From Candidatus Poribacteria bacterium (GTDB lineage Bacteria; Poribacteria; WGA-4E; PCPOR2b), in the NCBI GenBank assembly GCA_965198175.1, contig OZ240245.1:4800001-4864000 (forward strand): DNA of 64,000 nt, in the 5' to 3' direction. Below are positions 48,731 to 59,360 of this stretch, piece after piece (the stretch's first letter is position 1; every line of letters starts with the position of its first letter). Made by a program: the position numbers and the translations under genes. Below the pieces are notes generated by a model. That model made no database searches, was not told the origin of the DNA, and worked only from the letters and a program-made list of their open reading frames with translations.

Positions 48731-50512
48731 TTATACCACAATTTCTTGATACGGCACATACAAAGCTGTTTTACCAGCCTCTATCTCTTTAACACCATCT
48801 ACAACGTGGTGCGGCATAAACGGCTCGCCGTCATACTTGCGAATATGCCCATCAGCTTTGAAGCCGGTTTCCCCACGCAAGAAGCGTGCAAATTGACCTG
48901 TGTAGTTACATTCCACAATAATTGCTCGTTTACATTTTGAGAGTACCTGATTAGTTCTATCTTCATTTATCGGGTAAAGCCATTTGAAATGAACATGGTT
49001 GACACTGTATCCTGCCGTTCTCAACAGGCTGGCTGCTTCCTCAATGACATCTTCTGTAGAACCCCAGCCAATTAAGGTGAAATCGGCATCTTCAGGACCT
49101 TTGAGATCGGGCGGCGGCATTAACGCACTGATACCTTCCATTTTGCGCTGCCGTTTTTCCATGATCGCTCGACGTATGTGAGGGTTTGTAAATTCATCAG
49201 TAATCAAGCCGCCATCTTCATCGTGTTCGTCAGTTGCTACGACATGCACTTGTCCGGCGGTCCCCGGCAATGCTCGCGGAGAGATACCGCTCTCAGTAAC
49301 CTTGTAACGCAGATATTTCTCTCCGCTGACGTTGTCTTCGGCGATCAAATCGCCTCGATCTATCTTCGGATTCCAATTGATGTCTTCGGGGTTGATGGTC
49401 GTGTATCCCATAGAAAGGGTGAGATCGGAGATGACCATTCCAGGACACTGATATTTATCGACCAAATTAAAAAGCTCAGGAATCGTGTGGAAACCATCGA
49501 CAATACTGGTCGGCGCGACAATAATCTTTGGAAAATCTCCTTGACTGGCACCGAGCATCTGCCACAAATCGCCCTGTTCGGTTTTGGTCGGAAGTCCAGT
49601 TGAAGGGCCGCCACGTTGCACATTAATAAAAACAGTTGGTATTTCCATCATCCCCGCACTACCGATGGCTTCGCTCATCAAGGCAAATCCACCGCCCGAA
49701 GTCGCGCACATAGCACGACAGCCCGCATGGGCGGCACCAATGGTCATATTGGCAACGCCAATTTCATCCTCAACTTGCCTGACCATTATACCTAAATCCC
49801 TCGCATTTGAAGCCATCCAGTGCAAAACGCCCGTTGATGGGCTCATCGGATAAGCACAGTAAAATTTGACGCCAGCTGCCGCGCCGCCCATCGCCATCGC
49901 CTCGTTGCCAGTCGTCACAGCGAGAGGCTTATCTTGATATGGGAATGGTGTAGAAAATGGGTTAAAATGTTCGGCAGCGTGATTATAACTGGCACGAGCG
50001 ATACCAATGTTCTCATCAACAACTTCCTGACCTTTTCGCTTGAACTGGATTGTCAGGATGTTCTCAAGTTCTTCCAGACCGGCGCCCGTTATATAGAGAG
50101 CGGCGCCAAGCAACAGCGTATTGAGCATGACTTTATTACGACTGTTGTTGCTCAGTTCCTTAAAGGAGAGCGGACACAGCTGGACCTCTTCGGGAGGATT
50201 ATCTGGCGGCGCGGTGTTATCGCTGTTATAGAGAATCGCCCCGCCCGGAGCGATATTCTGAAGGTGTTTATCCATCGCATCCTGATTCAATGCAATGACC
50301 AGATCAATCCTATCACCATGGTTAGCAACCGGTTCCGAACAGATTCGGATGGTCAAAAAGGTATGACCACCGCGGATCAGGGATTGATAGGCGCTGTAAG
50401 CAAAAGCAGAAAGCCCACGACGAGCACAAATCCTTATCAGAACTGGGCCAGCACTTTCAAGACCCTGACCGGGCGCGCCACCCATGGCGACCACAAAATC
50501 AAATTTTGGCAT
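48731..50512 (-). CDS. 2-oxoacid:acceptor oxidoreductase subunit alpha (gamma-alpha fusion)
   Basis: GGAPGQG, IRGGH, YPMSPST, EDEI, QRGGPSTGLPTKTEQGD; ATG at 50512 after GAGG. Confidence 0.93.
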   Translation of the reverse strand: MPKFDFVVAMGGAPGQGLESAGPVLIRICARRGLSAFAYSAYQSLIRGGHTFLTIRICSEPVANHGDRIDLVIALNQDAMDKHLQNIAPGGAILYNSDNTAPPDNPPEEVQLCPLSFKELSNNSRNKVMLNTLLLGAALYITGAGLEELENILTIQFKRKGQEVVDENIGIARASYNHAAEHFNPFSTPFPYQDKPLAVTTGNEAMAMGGAAAGVKFYCAYPMSPSTGVLHWMASNARDLGIMVRQVEDEIGVANMTIGAAHAGCRAMCATSGGGFALMSEAIGSAGMMEIPTVFINVQRGGPSTGLPTKTEQGDLWQMLGASQGDFPKIIVAPTSIVDGFHTIPELFNLVDKYQCPGMVISDLTLSMGYTTINPEDINWNPKIDRGDLIAEDNVSGEKYLRYKVTESGISPRALPGTAGQVHVVATDEHDEDGGLITDEFTNPHIRRAIMEKRQRKMEGISALMPPPDLKGPEDADFTLIGWGSTEDVIEEAASLLRTAGYSVNHVHFKWLYPINEDRTNQVLSKCKRAIIVECNYTGQFARFLRGETGFKADGHIRKYDGEPFMPHHVVDGVKEIEAGKTALYVPYQEIVV

Positions 50513-50896
50513 TTTATACCTCTTTATTGCTGATTTCAATTATCTGAAAAATATCAGGCGCTAAAAATTGGTGTTCTATTTTGGCATTAAGCATTTACTC
50601 TTGATCTGAACTTCTCAATATCACCCAACCCTATAAATGTCATACAGTTTCTGGAACTGAAATGAAAACTCTTACTGCAACCCGCTTACTCTCAATTGAA
50701 TCATCTCTCGGAATTTCTCTGAATCACTGAGTTTTACAAAATTCCTGTTTTTCGCCACTTACTACTTCTCGGATATGTTTTCAGGATTGGGTGAAAACGA
50801 TAGGTGGGAAATTTTGGAATACATTCACATTAAGAATACCATATCAAGCCTCATTTTTCAAATGAATTCTCTTTTTTACGCCAGACCCTCCAACTT

Positions 50897-51499
50897 TCAC
50901 AACTGACTTAACGCTTTTTCTGCTTCCGGGCTTCTTGTCTTTTGTAACGCAAAAGCCGCATGCTGACAAACACGTTCGGATTCATCGCGTAACGCTCCTA
51001 TCAAAGCGGGCACAGCATCTCTCGCAAACTCACCAATATTTGCGAGTGCGACCGCTGCATAAACGCGAACCTCTGTATCTTCATCACGCAATGCCCGAAT
51101 CAAAGCCGGCACCGCCTCCTTCGCCGGTTCACCAATTAAACCCAAGGCGCGAACCGCATTTTCTCGCACAGGTTGATACGTATCGCTAAGTGCCTCGATT
51201 AACGCCTGCACAGCCGGTTCACTGATTCGGCTGAGTGCGTCGGCGGCATTGAGCCTCACATACTTTTGTTCATCTGCTAGTGCCTCTACCAGCGCGGGGA
51301 TGGCTAGGTCGCCAATCTGAGCCAATGCGTCAGCAGCGCTATCACAAACATCCCAAATGACATTGGCTAATGCCTCTATCAATGCAGGGATAGCGGGCCC
51401 ACCAATTTCAACCAGTCCTGAAATCGCAGAAATTCGAACTTCCGTATCCGCTTCGCCCAGTTGCTCGATTAACTCAGCTATCTCGTGATTATTTGCCAC
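50897..51499 (-). CDS. HEAT (PBS lyase-type) repeat protein
   Basis: Repeated AVPALI.AL.D..VR..AA.AL..IG. Confidence 0.9.
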   Translation of the reverse strand: MANNHEIAELIEQLGEADTEVRISAISGLVEIGGPAIPALIEALANVIWDVCDSAADALAQIGDLAIPALVEALADEQKYVRLNAADALSRISEPAVQALIEALSDTYQPVRENAVRALGLIGEPAKEAVPALIRALRDEDTEVRVYAAVALANIGEFARDAVPALIGALRDESERVCQHAAFALQKTRSPEAEKALSQL

Positions 51500-51553
51500 A
51501 TCGCTTCCTCTCTACTCTACCGTGCAGTTAATTGAGAACAAACCCATATCCCC

Positions 51554-53041
51554 TTAAACTAGCGTAGCCACCGCCGCCTTAATCACGCGCATGAACGGTG
51601 CTGGATAGACGCCAAGCCAGACTAGAAGGAGCGTGAGGGCTGCCAGAACAACGCCACCCACCAATGACACAGAGGAAGTTGCAAAAGGCAATTCCGCAGG
51701 GGTTAGCACTGTCGTCCCCTCACCCGCTTTGTCTTCTGGGGTTCTGTACATTGCAACAACGATGCGCAGGTAATAGTACAGCCCAATAGTGCTATTCACC
51801 ACTAGCAGAACCAACAGCAGCCATAAGGCGGATCCAACACCGGCAGCCACAATGTAGAATTTCCCAACAAAGCCCGCCGTGAGGGGGATGCCAGCCAGAG
51901 ACAACAACACCGCCGTAAATATACCGGCGAGCCACGGCCGATGCCAGGCGAGTCCTCGATAATCATGAATGGCATCTGCCTCCCTATCTCCGGGGGACAA
52001 CACAGTGATAATACCAAAGGCGCCTAAGGTAGTCACAGTGTAAGCTACCAGATAGTAGGTTACCGCCGTTACCGCCATCAATTCGTCTCGCTGGAAAGCA
52101 ACAAAGGCTACCAACACATAACCCAGATGTGCAATCGAAGAGTAAGCTAAGATTCGCTTGACATTATTCTGCAGTAACGCCATCAGGTTTCCAGCAAACA
52201 TCGAAGCGATAGCGATGAGGGTAAACACCTGGAATAATGAACTGTAGGCGTCGCTGTCCGTTGTAGCGAAGTAACGCATCAGAAGAGCCACCACTGCGCC
52301 TTTGGAAGCCGTTGCTACAAAAGCCGTTACTGGCGCCGGCGCCCCCTCATACACATCCGGCGTCCATAAGTGAAAAGGCACTACTGCGAGCTTAAACCCT
52401 ATGCCGATGACCATCAGCCCCATACCGGCGAGCAACAACAAGCTATGAACATCGTCAGCAACTTCCGCTATTAGAGTGAACTCCATTGTCCCAAGTTCAG
52501 CATAAACCAGCGCCATTCCAAAGAGGAGAAACGCCGAAGAAACCGCAGCCAGCACGAGGTATTTTAGCCCCGCCTCAATACTCCGCTCATCGGTGTACAA
52601 ATAAGCGATCAAAACATAAAGGGATACGCTGAGGATTTCCAGTCCCAAGAAGAGAGATGCAAAGTGACTACTCGCAACTAACACCGCAGAACCCAACGTC
52701 GCCAGGAGCACAAGAATATAAAATTCCTCGTGATTACCTTGGCGTTTCCCAAGGTAACCGTAGGCAAGCAGGCACACAACAAAACTCACTACAAAGAGAA
52801 GCCCCATGTAGAAAAGAGCGTAAGCGTCAAGGGTGAGAAGTTGGGTTACCTCAAGCGACTGCGAAGTTGGCAGCACAGAGGATACCATTGGAAGTGCTGC
52901 AAATGCCAGGGCAAGCCCTATCAGCGTTAGAACGGCGATTGCCTTGTGATTCCGGTAGAAGGCGGTCACTAACAGAACTACGATTGAGGCAACGGATAAA
53001 ACAATGAGGGGGGTTAACGCAAAGAGATCCGTAGTCGTCAC
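51554..53041 (-). CDS. nuoN: NADH-quinone oxidoreductase subunit N
   Basis: EAGLKY, FKLAVVPFHLWTPDVYEGAP, AYSSIAHLGY. Confidence 0.95.
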   Translation of the reverse strand: MTTTDLFALTPLIVLSVASIVVLLVTAFYRNHKAIAVLTLIGLALAFAALPMVSSVLPTSQSLEVTQLLTLDAYALFYMGLLFVVSFVVCLLAYGYLGKRQGNHEEFYILVLLATLGSAVLVASSHFASLFLGLEILSVSLYVLIAYLYTDERSIEAGLKYLVLAAVSSAFLLFGMALVYAELGTMEFTLIAEVADDVHSLLLLAGMGLMVIGIGFKLAVVPFHLWTPDVYEGAPAPVTAFVATASKGAVVALLMRYFATTDSDAYSSLFQVFTLIAIASMFAGNLMALLQNNVKRILAYSSIAHLGYVLVAFVAFQRDELMAVTAVTYYLVAYTVTTLGAFGIITVLSPGDREADAIHDYRGLAWHRPWLAGIFTAVLLSLAGIPLTAGFVGKFYIVAAGVGSALWLLLVLLVVNSTIGLYYYLRIVVAMYRTPEDKAGEGTTVLTPAELPFATSSVSLVGGVVLAALTLLLVWLGVYPAPFMRVIKAAVATLV

Positions 53042-53072
53042 GAATTACCTCTTTCAGCTTGGTTAGGTGAAT

Positions 53073-54686
53073 TCACATGGTACGGGATTCAGGTGGTGAT
53101 GAATGTAGTGCTTGAATTGAATTTCGATAAACCCGTTGACTCATGAAGAATTTTTCCAACTTCATACCGTGCATCTCACGGTTTGGCAGTACCGCACTGC
53201 TTTGAGATGTTCTTTCCTGCAGTTCTTCAAGTGCGGGTTTAGTTGTGTTGAGTACCGGCTGGGGATAGAGCCCCAACCAAACGATCGCAACGATTAAAGC
53301 CAACATCATCGCCATATCACGGGCAGAAAGATCCGGCAGTTTCAAATCTTCCTGAATGGGACCGTGGAAAGCGCGCTGCATTATCCACAGGGAATATACC
53401 GTTGCAAAGACAAGGCCAACCGCTGCCAGAGCTGTCATTGTGATGTTGACTTGGTAAGCCCCCATCAGCACCAAAAACTCACCGACAAAGTTACCTAATC
53501 CGGGCAACCCAAGTGACGCCATGGCAAAAACCATCCCCACTGCACTCATACGCGGGACCGCCGCCCAAAGTCCGCCCATGCGATTCAAGTCACGAGTATG
53601 AATTCGCTCGTAAAGCGCTCCCACGAGAATAAAGAGTGCACCGGTACTGATGCCGTGACAAATCATCTGTATCACGACACCCTGTAGTGCTAACTCATTC
53701 CAAGCGAAGACGCCCAAAAGTACAAAACCCATGTGGCTGACGCTCGTGTACGCCACAAGTCGCTTCAGGTCAGTTTGCGCGAAGGCGAGGATGGCGCCAT
53801 ACAAAATGCCAATCACTGCCAACAACATCGCTATGGGAGCAAATTCACGGGCAGCTTCGGGAAACAACGGCACCGCGAAGCGCAGCAGTCCATAGGCACC
53901 CGTCTTCAACAAAAGCCCCGCGAGAATAACGCTGCCAGCAGTGGGCGCTTCGGTGTGCGCATCAGGCAACCAACTATGTACCGGAAAGGCTGGCAGTTTC
54001 ACAACGAATGCGATAAGGAAACCCAGCATCAACCACTTCGCCGTAGGCGCTGATATCGAGTTGTTAAGCAACTCGGTATAATCAAACGTATAGGTGCCGC
54101 TGTTACTTCCGTGGATGAAATACAACCCCAAAATCGCCAACAGCATTAGCAAGCCGCTCGCCTGCGTAAAGATAAAGAACTTCACCGCCGCGTAGATACG
54201 ATTCTCGTGTCCCCAGATACCAATTAAGAAATACATCGGTATCAACATCATTTCCCAGAAGAAATAGAAGAGCACAAGATCCAGCGCGAGGAACACGCCC
54301 ATAATCCCCGACAGAATCCACATCAGGTTAAAGTGGAAAAAGCCAACTCGCTCCTTAATCTCGGTCCACGAGGCACCCACACTCACAATCCCCAAGAAAA
54401 CAGTGAGCGCGATCATCACAAGGCTCAGACCGTCCATACCCAGATGAAAGCGGATTTCGCCTTCGTGAATGGGAATCCATGGTACATCCAACTCAACCAA
54501 CCATTCCGAATCGCTGGATAACGCAACCTGATCAGAATGCTGCGTCCATAGAACCAATACTAACACCAAGTCTATCGCTAGAGCAAGCAGGCAAATCCAG
54601 CGCGGTAATGAAGAATTTTGGCGAGCCAAAATCCACGCCAGAACCCCCCCGATAAGTGGGATGACAATGATCCACGTTAATATCAT
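53073..54686 (-). CDS. nuoM: NADH-quinone oxidoreductase subunit M
   Basis: FFWEMMLIPMY, HSWLPDAHTEAPTAGS, AYTSVSHMG. Confidence 0.95.
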   Translation of the reverse strand: MILTWIIVIPLIGGVLAWILARQNSSLPRWICLLALAIDLVLVLVLWTQHSDQVALSSDSEWLVELDVPWIPIHEGEIRFHLGMDGLSLVMIALTVFLGIVSVGASWTEIKERVGFFHFNLMWILSGIMGVFLALDLVLFYFFWEMMLIPMYFLIGIWGHENRIYAAVKFFIFTQASGLLMLLAILGLYFIHGSNSGTYTFDYTELLNNSISAPTAKWLMLGFLIAFVVKLPAFPVHSWLPDAHTEAPTAGSVILAGLLLKTGAYGLLRFAVPLFPEAAREFAPIAMLLAVIGILYGAILAFAQTDLKRLVAYTSVSHMGFVLLGVFAWNELALQGVVIQMICHGISTGALFILVGALYERIHTRDLNRMGGLWAAVPRMSAVGMVFAMASLGLPGLGNFVGEFLVLMGAYQVNITMTALAAVGLVFATVYSLWIMQRAFHGPIQEDLKLPDLSARDMAMMLALIVAIVWLGLYPQPVLNTTKPALEELQERTSQSSAVLPNREMHGMKLEKFFMSQRVYRNSIQALHSSPPESRTM

Positions 54687-54820
54687 AGGCAAACACCAAT
54701 TACGGATTGATCAGATTGGTTCAATTCAGGAAACACGGAATACATACATGCTGGGTATTAGGCTCTGCTGACATTTCAACGGAACCTCCTTCATCTCGTT
54801 GACGAACCATTCATTCGTAT

Positions 54821-56728
54821 TTAAGACAACACAACGAATGCAAGGATGACGACGGCACCAAAGGCGATTCCCACCGCATACCATCGTACACGCCCGGTTT
54901 GCGTCAGACACAGTATAAAATGGAAAATCTGGATAATTCCTGCGAACAGGCGATAGATGAAGTCGATGAAGTCATTCTTGTTGATGCGAGCCGCCCAGAC
55001 CACAGGTTGGACAAAAAGCTTGTCGTATAGCCAGTCAAAGCCCCATCCAGCAAACCAAAAGCGGTGCACAACAGAACCGACGGATGAGCGTGCAATTCTC
55101 TCCGCGGGCGCTCGATTGCGCAGGAAGAACACATACGCCAAGGCTATGCCGACGATTGAAACGACAACAGCGATGCCCTGTAGTGTCAATTCCATCGCTG
55201 CTTTGCTATGTCCACCATGTTCAACTGAGGCAGCCAATGGGAATGCAGACTGCATGAACTTCGAGAATGGTTGCCAGTTTCCCCATGCATGAGGTAGTTC
55301 GATTAAGCCTCCGATAATCGCTAACGCCGCCAGAATAGTTAGCGGAATCTTCATGAAGGCACCCGGCTTCTTGACGACATGACCTTTCGCCTCACCAAAG
55401 AAGGCGATGAATACCAAGCGGAAAGAGTAAATCGCAGTGAGTAGTGCACCCCCTATTCCGACTATATAGAGCCATGGTTGATGCGCTGACCAGACCTTCC
55501 AGAGAATCAAATCTTTACTGTAGAAACCAGCGGTAATGAATGGAAAACCTGCTAGAGCAGCGGCGCCGACAACAAACGTCTTCGACGTTACAGGAAGTTC
55601 ACGCCACAAGCCCCCCATGTTAAAGATGTCCTGTTCATGATGAAGTGCCAATATCACCACGCCAGCGCCGAGGAAGAGGAGCGCTTTGAAAAAAGCGTGG
55701 GTCATAAAGTGGAACATAGCAGCAGACCAAGCGCCTACCCCGAGCGCGAGGAACATGAAGCCGATTTGACTGATGGTAGAGTATGCCAAAATTCGCTTCA
55801 TATCCCGCTGCGTCAGCGCGCTACATCCCGCAACAAACAGCGTTATCGTTCCAATTAGCGCCACAGCGAACTGTACCGATGGCGCCAGTTCAAAAAGTAC
55901 ATACGTGCGAGCAATAAGATAGACACCCGCGGTCACCATTGTCGCTGCGTGGATAAGCGCACTCACGGGTGTTGGACCTGCCATCGCATCAGGCAGCCAC
56001 GTCTGTAGCGGAAGTTGACCCGATTTACCCAGTGCTCCGCCCAGAAGCAGCGCCGCCGCCGCAACAGCTAAACCGGAACCTTCCATCCACTGTGACTTCG
56101 CCAACGCCAAAATGCCTCCATCGCCGTGGAGGTTTAGCGTTCCCAAGTGGGCAAAAAGAAGAAAAAGACCAAGCGCCATCGCCGTGTCACCGACGCGGGT
56201 AATCGTGAACGCTTTCCGAGCTGCGAGCCCATTGGCAGGGTCTTTATACCAGAAACCAATCAACAGGTAACTACAGAGACCGACCCCCTCCCAACCGAGA
56301 TAGAGCAGTATCAGATTATCGGCGAGTACCAACGTCAACATCGAGCCGACGAACAGATTCATGTATGCGAAGAAGCGGCTGTATCCATCCTCGTCAATCA
56401 TATACTCGGTCGAATACAGGTGGATAAGGAAACCAACGACCGTTACAACCAGGGTCATAAGCAGCGAGAGCGCATCCAGATGAAAGGTTATTCCCGGCGC
56501 AAAACTGCCGACCTCCATCCACGTCCAGAGAGTTTGTGAAAAAGCATTGCCCGGCGGTGGTGAACTCATAAAGCTAAAGCCAACCAGCAAAGACACTACC
56601 GCTGATATCCCTATTGAACCGACGCCGATAGTTGCTATTCCAGCGCGTGAAAGTCGAGAGCCTATTAACACCAACACCAAGAAACTGACAAAAGGCAGAA
56701 TAGGAATCAGCCACAATAGTTCCAGCAT
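54821..56728 (-). CDS. nuoL: NADH-quinone oxidoreductase subunit L
   Basis: WEGVGLCSYLLIGF, WLPDAMAGPTPVSALIHAATMV. Confidence 0.95.
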   Translation of the reverse strand: MLELLWLIPILPFVSFLVLVLIGSRLSRAGIATIGVGSIGISAVVSLLVGFSFMSSPPPGNAFSQTLWTWMEVGSFAPGITFHLDALSLLMTLVVTVVGFLIHLYSTEYMIDEDGYSRFFAYMNLFVGSMLTLVLADNLILLYLGWEGVGLCSYLLIGFWYKDPANGLAARKAFTITRVGDTAMALGLFLLFAHLGTLNLHGDGGILALAKSQWMEGSGLAVAAAALLLGGALGKSGQLPLQTWLPDAMAGPTPVSALIHAATMVTAGVYLIARTYVLFELAPSVQFAVALIGTITLFVAGCSALTQRDMKRILAYSTISQIGFMFLALGVGAWSAAMFHFMTHAFFKALLFLGAGVVILALHHEQDIFNMGGLWRELPVTSKTFVVGAAALAGFPFITAGFYSKDLILWKVWSAHQPWLYIVGIGGALLTAIYSFRLVFIAFFGEAKGHVVKKPGAFMKIPLTILAALAIIGGLIELPHAWGNWQPFSKFMQSAFPLAASVEHGGHSKAAMELTLQGIAVVVSIVGIALAYVFFLRNRAPAERIARSSVGSVVHRFWFAGWGFDWLYDKLFVQPVVWAARINKNDFIDFIYRLFAGIIQIFHFILCLTQTGRVRWYAVGIAFGAVVILAFVVLS

Positions 56729-56729
56729 A

Positions 56730-57038
56730 TTACCCTCGCATCCTGCTCGCTGCGTCGACATCCAGCGTCTTGAAACGGTGGTACAGTTGAAGAACCAACG
56801 CTAAACCGACAGCTACTTCTGCTGCCGCCATTGTCAGGATGAATATAAACATCACCTGACCATCCGCCGTTCCCCATTTAGAACCTGCAACGACAAAAGC
56901 TAACCCCGATGCGTTCAGCATGACCTCAATCGACATAAGGATGAAAATAATATTCCGGCGCACAAGGACACCAATCAGCCCTAAAGTAAAGAGAACACCT
57001 GCCAAGATTAATCCATGTTCCATAGAAACTGAAGCCAT
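56730..57038 (-). CDS. nuoK: NADH-quinone oxidoreductase subunit K
   Basis: [27 protein letters not shown]. Confidence 0.95.
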   Translation of the reverse strand: MASVSMEHGLILAGVLFTLGLIGVLVRRNIIFILMSIEVMLNASGLAFVVAGSKWGTADGQVMFIFILTMAAAEVAVGLALVLQLYHRFKTLDVDAASRMRG

Positions 57039-57550
57039 TACGATTCCCCCTCCTCGCTTGTATCGCGCCGCCCGAGATGATAAGCGCCGACGAGTCCTGC
57101 TAGCAGCAGTATAGACGCCAGTTCAACACCCAGCAGATAGGTGCCGAAGAGGGACAGCCCCACCTGTTTCGCACCTACGGGTTCACCCATTATAGGTTCG
57201 CCACCACCGCCGGTGAAAATCGCATAGCCTAACTCAACCATTAGGATGGCTGCCAAAATTGCCGGTCCTATCAACATCTGCGGCTTTAGCCATTGACGCT
57301 CCTGCTGGGTTGCCCGCGCGCCCAAGTTCAACATCATGACCACGAAAATAAAGAGCACCATAATGGCGCCGGCGTAGACGATTACTTCCAACGCCGCAAC
57401 AAAGGGAGCCCCAAGCGAAAAAAAGATTACTGCCATGGCTAACAGTGACACGATTAAGTAAAGCAGCGCATGTACGATATTGCGCCGGGTGATGACCATA
57501 ACAGTCGAGGTAACAGTGATTACAGCGGATATCCAGAATACAACGGTCAT
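57038..57550 (-). CDS. nuoJ: NADH-quinone oxidoreductase subunit J
   Basis: [15 protein letters not shown]. Confidence 0.95.
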   Translation of the reverse strand: MTVVFWISAVITVTSTVMVITRRNIVHALLYLIVSLLAMAVIFFSLGAPFVAALEVIVYAGAIMVLFIFVVMMLNLGARATQQERQWLKPQMLIGPAILAAILMVELGYAIFTGGGGEPIMGEPVGAKQVGLSLFGTYLLGVELASILLLAGLVGAYHLGRRDTSEEGES

Positions 57551-57611
57551 ATGTTTTCCATTCTGTGAATCGCGCTTTACGCAGCGACCAGGATTTTCAC
57601 GTTATCGCGCA

Positions 57612-58127
57612 CTATGGCATGAGACTATGCACATCCACAGGCGGGTCTTCGTTCTCTGCGTCACCCTTATCTTTCCCGCCAATTGCCAAACCGGCGAACC
57701 GATAGAAGTTGTAGTCGGGATACTTGCCGGGGCCATTGATTAACAAATCTTCCTTCTCGTAGACCAGGTCCTGCCGATTGTATTCAGCCATCTCAAAATC
57801 CGGAGTGAGTTGGATGGCATACGTGGGACATGCCTCCTCACAAAAGCCGCAGAAAATACAGCGCGAGAAGTTAATACGGAAGAAATCAGGATAACGTCTA
57901 CCATGATTATCTTCCGTTGCCTGTAGAGAGATGCAGTCAACAGGACATGCCACTGCACAGAGATAGCAGGCAACACAACGTTCCTCACCATCGGGGTCTT
58001 GGGTAAGAACAATACGGCCTCTCCACCGCGGCGGCAAATTCGGCTTTTCATCAGGGTACTGAATTGTCACTCGTCTCCGAAACATGTGTAAGAAGACAAG
58101 CCAGATACTTCTAAACAAGCTAAACAT
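57612..58127 (-). CDS. nuoI: NADH-quinone oxidoreductase subunit I
   Basis: Two CxxCxxCxxxCP motifs. Confidence 0.95.
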   Translation of the reverse strand: MFSLFRSIWLVFLHMFRRRVTIQYPDEKPNLPPRWRGRIVLTQDPDGEERCVACYLCAVACPVDCISLQATEDNHGRRYPDFFRINFSRCIFCGFCEEACPTYAIQLTPDFEMAEYNRQDLVYEKEDLLINGPGKYPDYNFYRFAGLAIGGKDKGDAENEDPPVDVHSLMP

Positions 58128-58298
58128 GATGTTTCCCCGTCACATATTGCTTAAAGCACGATATGTAAACCGCAATCGTGATATCTGATTCTCTACCGTC
58201 GAATTTGCCAAGTTAAACCATGTTGAGAATCCAACGGCTTCGTTCTCGGCGTAAAATGGGTCTACTTCTGATTGCGCGCGATTTTACAGATTAGTTTA

Positions 58299-59255
58299 CT
58301 AGCCAACTGCTAGTATAATTCCACCGGTGACAATCAGATTCAACAATGCCAGTGGAAGCATCACCTTCCATCCGTAAGCCATAAGTTGATCGTAGCGTGG
58401 ACGTGGAAGGGAGGCGCGGAGCAAAATGAAAAAACAGATGAAGACGAATGTTTTTAGAATGAACCAGACAATCGGATGAAGGAAGTTAGGCCCCAGCCAC
58501 CCGCCAAAGAACAGCGTCGCTATAAGCGCAGAGATGAGCGTGACGCCAAGGTACTCACCGACGAAAAACATGCCAAACTTCATCCCGGAATATTCAGAGT
58601 GATACCCCGCTACTAATTCGCTCTCTGCCTCCGGCAAGTCAAACGGCAACCGGTGTGTCTCGGCAATGCCGGCAACCATGAAAACGATAAGGCCAAGAAT
58701 TTGGGGAATGCAAAACCACAGTCCCTCTTGTGCTTTAACAATCTCACGCAGATTAAACGAACCTGCCATCATAACGACGCCCATGAGCGACAGACCCATA
58801 AAGACTTCGTAACTCAACATCTGCGCCGCAGCCCGCATACCTCCGAGGAGAGAGTATTTGTTGTTTGAAGCCCAACCGGCTAACACCACGCTGTAAACGC
58901 CCATAGACGACATCGCTAAGAAAAACAGTAGACCGATATTGAGATCCACAACCCAGATGCCCGGTGAAAATGGGATGACAGCGAACGACATCAGTACCGC
59001 CGTGACAATTACTGCCGGAGCCAAGACAAACACCGGTCTATCGGCAAATGGCGGCACCCAATCTTCTTTGCTGAAGATCTTAATCATATCCGCAAGAACC
59101 TGTAAGAGTCCGAAAGGTCCGACGCGGTTGGGGCCATACCGATCCTGCCAAAGCGCCAGCAGCCGCCGCTCTAACCAGATAAGTAGAGCAGCAGTGTTCA
59201 CCACAACAAATAAAATACCAACCGTGATAATGAGCGGGTAAATACTTGGGTCCAT
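58299..59255 (-). CDS. nuoH: NADH-quinone oxidoreductase subunit H
   Basis: [24 protein letters not shown]. Confidence 0.95.
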   Translation of the reverse strand: MDPSIYPLIITVGILFVVVNTAALLIWLERRLLALWQDRYGPNRVGPFGLLQVLADMIKIFSKEDWVPPFADRPVFVLAPAVIVTAVLMSFAVIPFSPGIWVVDLNIGLLFFLAMSSMGVYSVVLAGWASNNKYSLLGGMRAAAQMLSYEVFMGLSLMGVVMMAGSFNLREIVKAQEGLWFCIPQILGLIVFMVAGIAETHRLPFDLPEAESELVAGYHSEYSGMKFGMFFVGEYLGVTLISALIATLFFGGWLGPNFLHPIVWFILKTFVFICFFILLRASLPRPRYDQLMAYGWKVMLPLALLNLIVTGGIILAVG

Positions 59256-59360
59256 ATTGTGCAGTTCACTAGTAGAACGATAAAATTACAAGAGATTGTG
59301 GAAAATTTTGATACATGATGGTCTCTAATCGTCCTCTGATGGCGGCTTAAATCTTGAATT

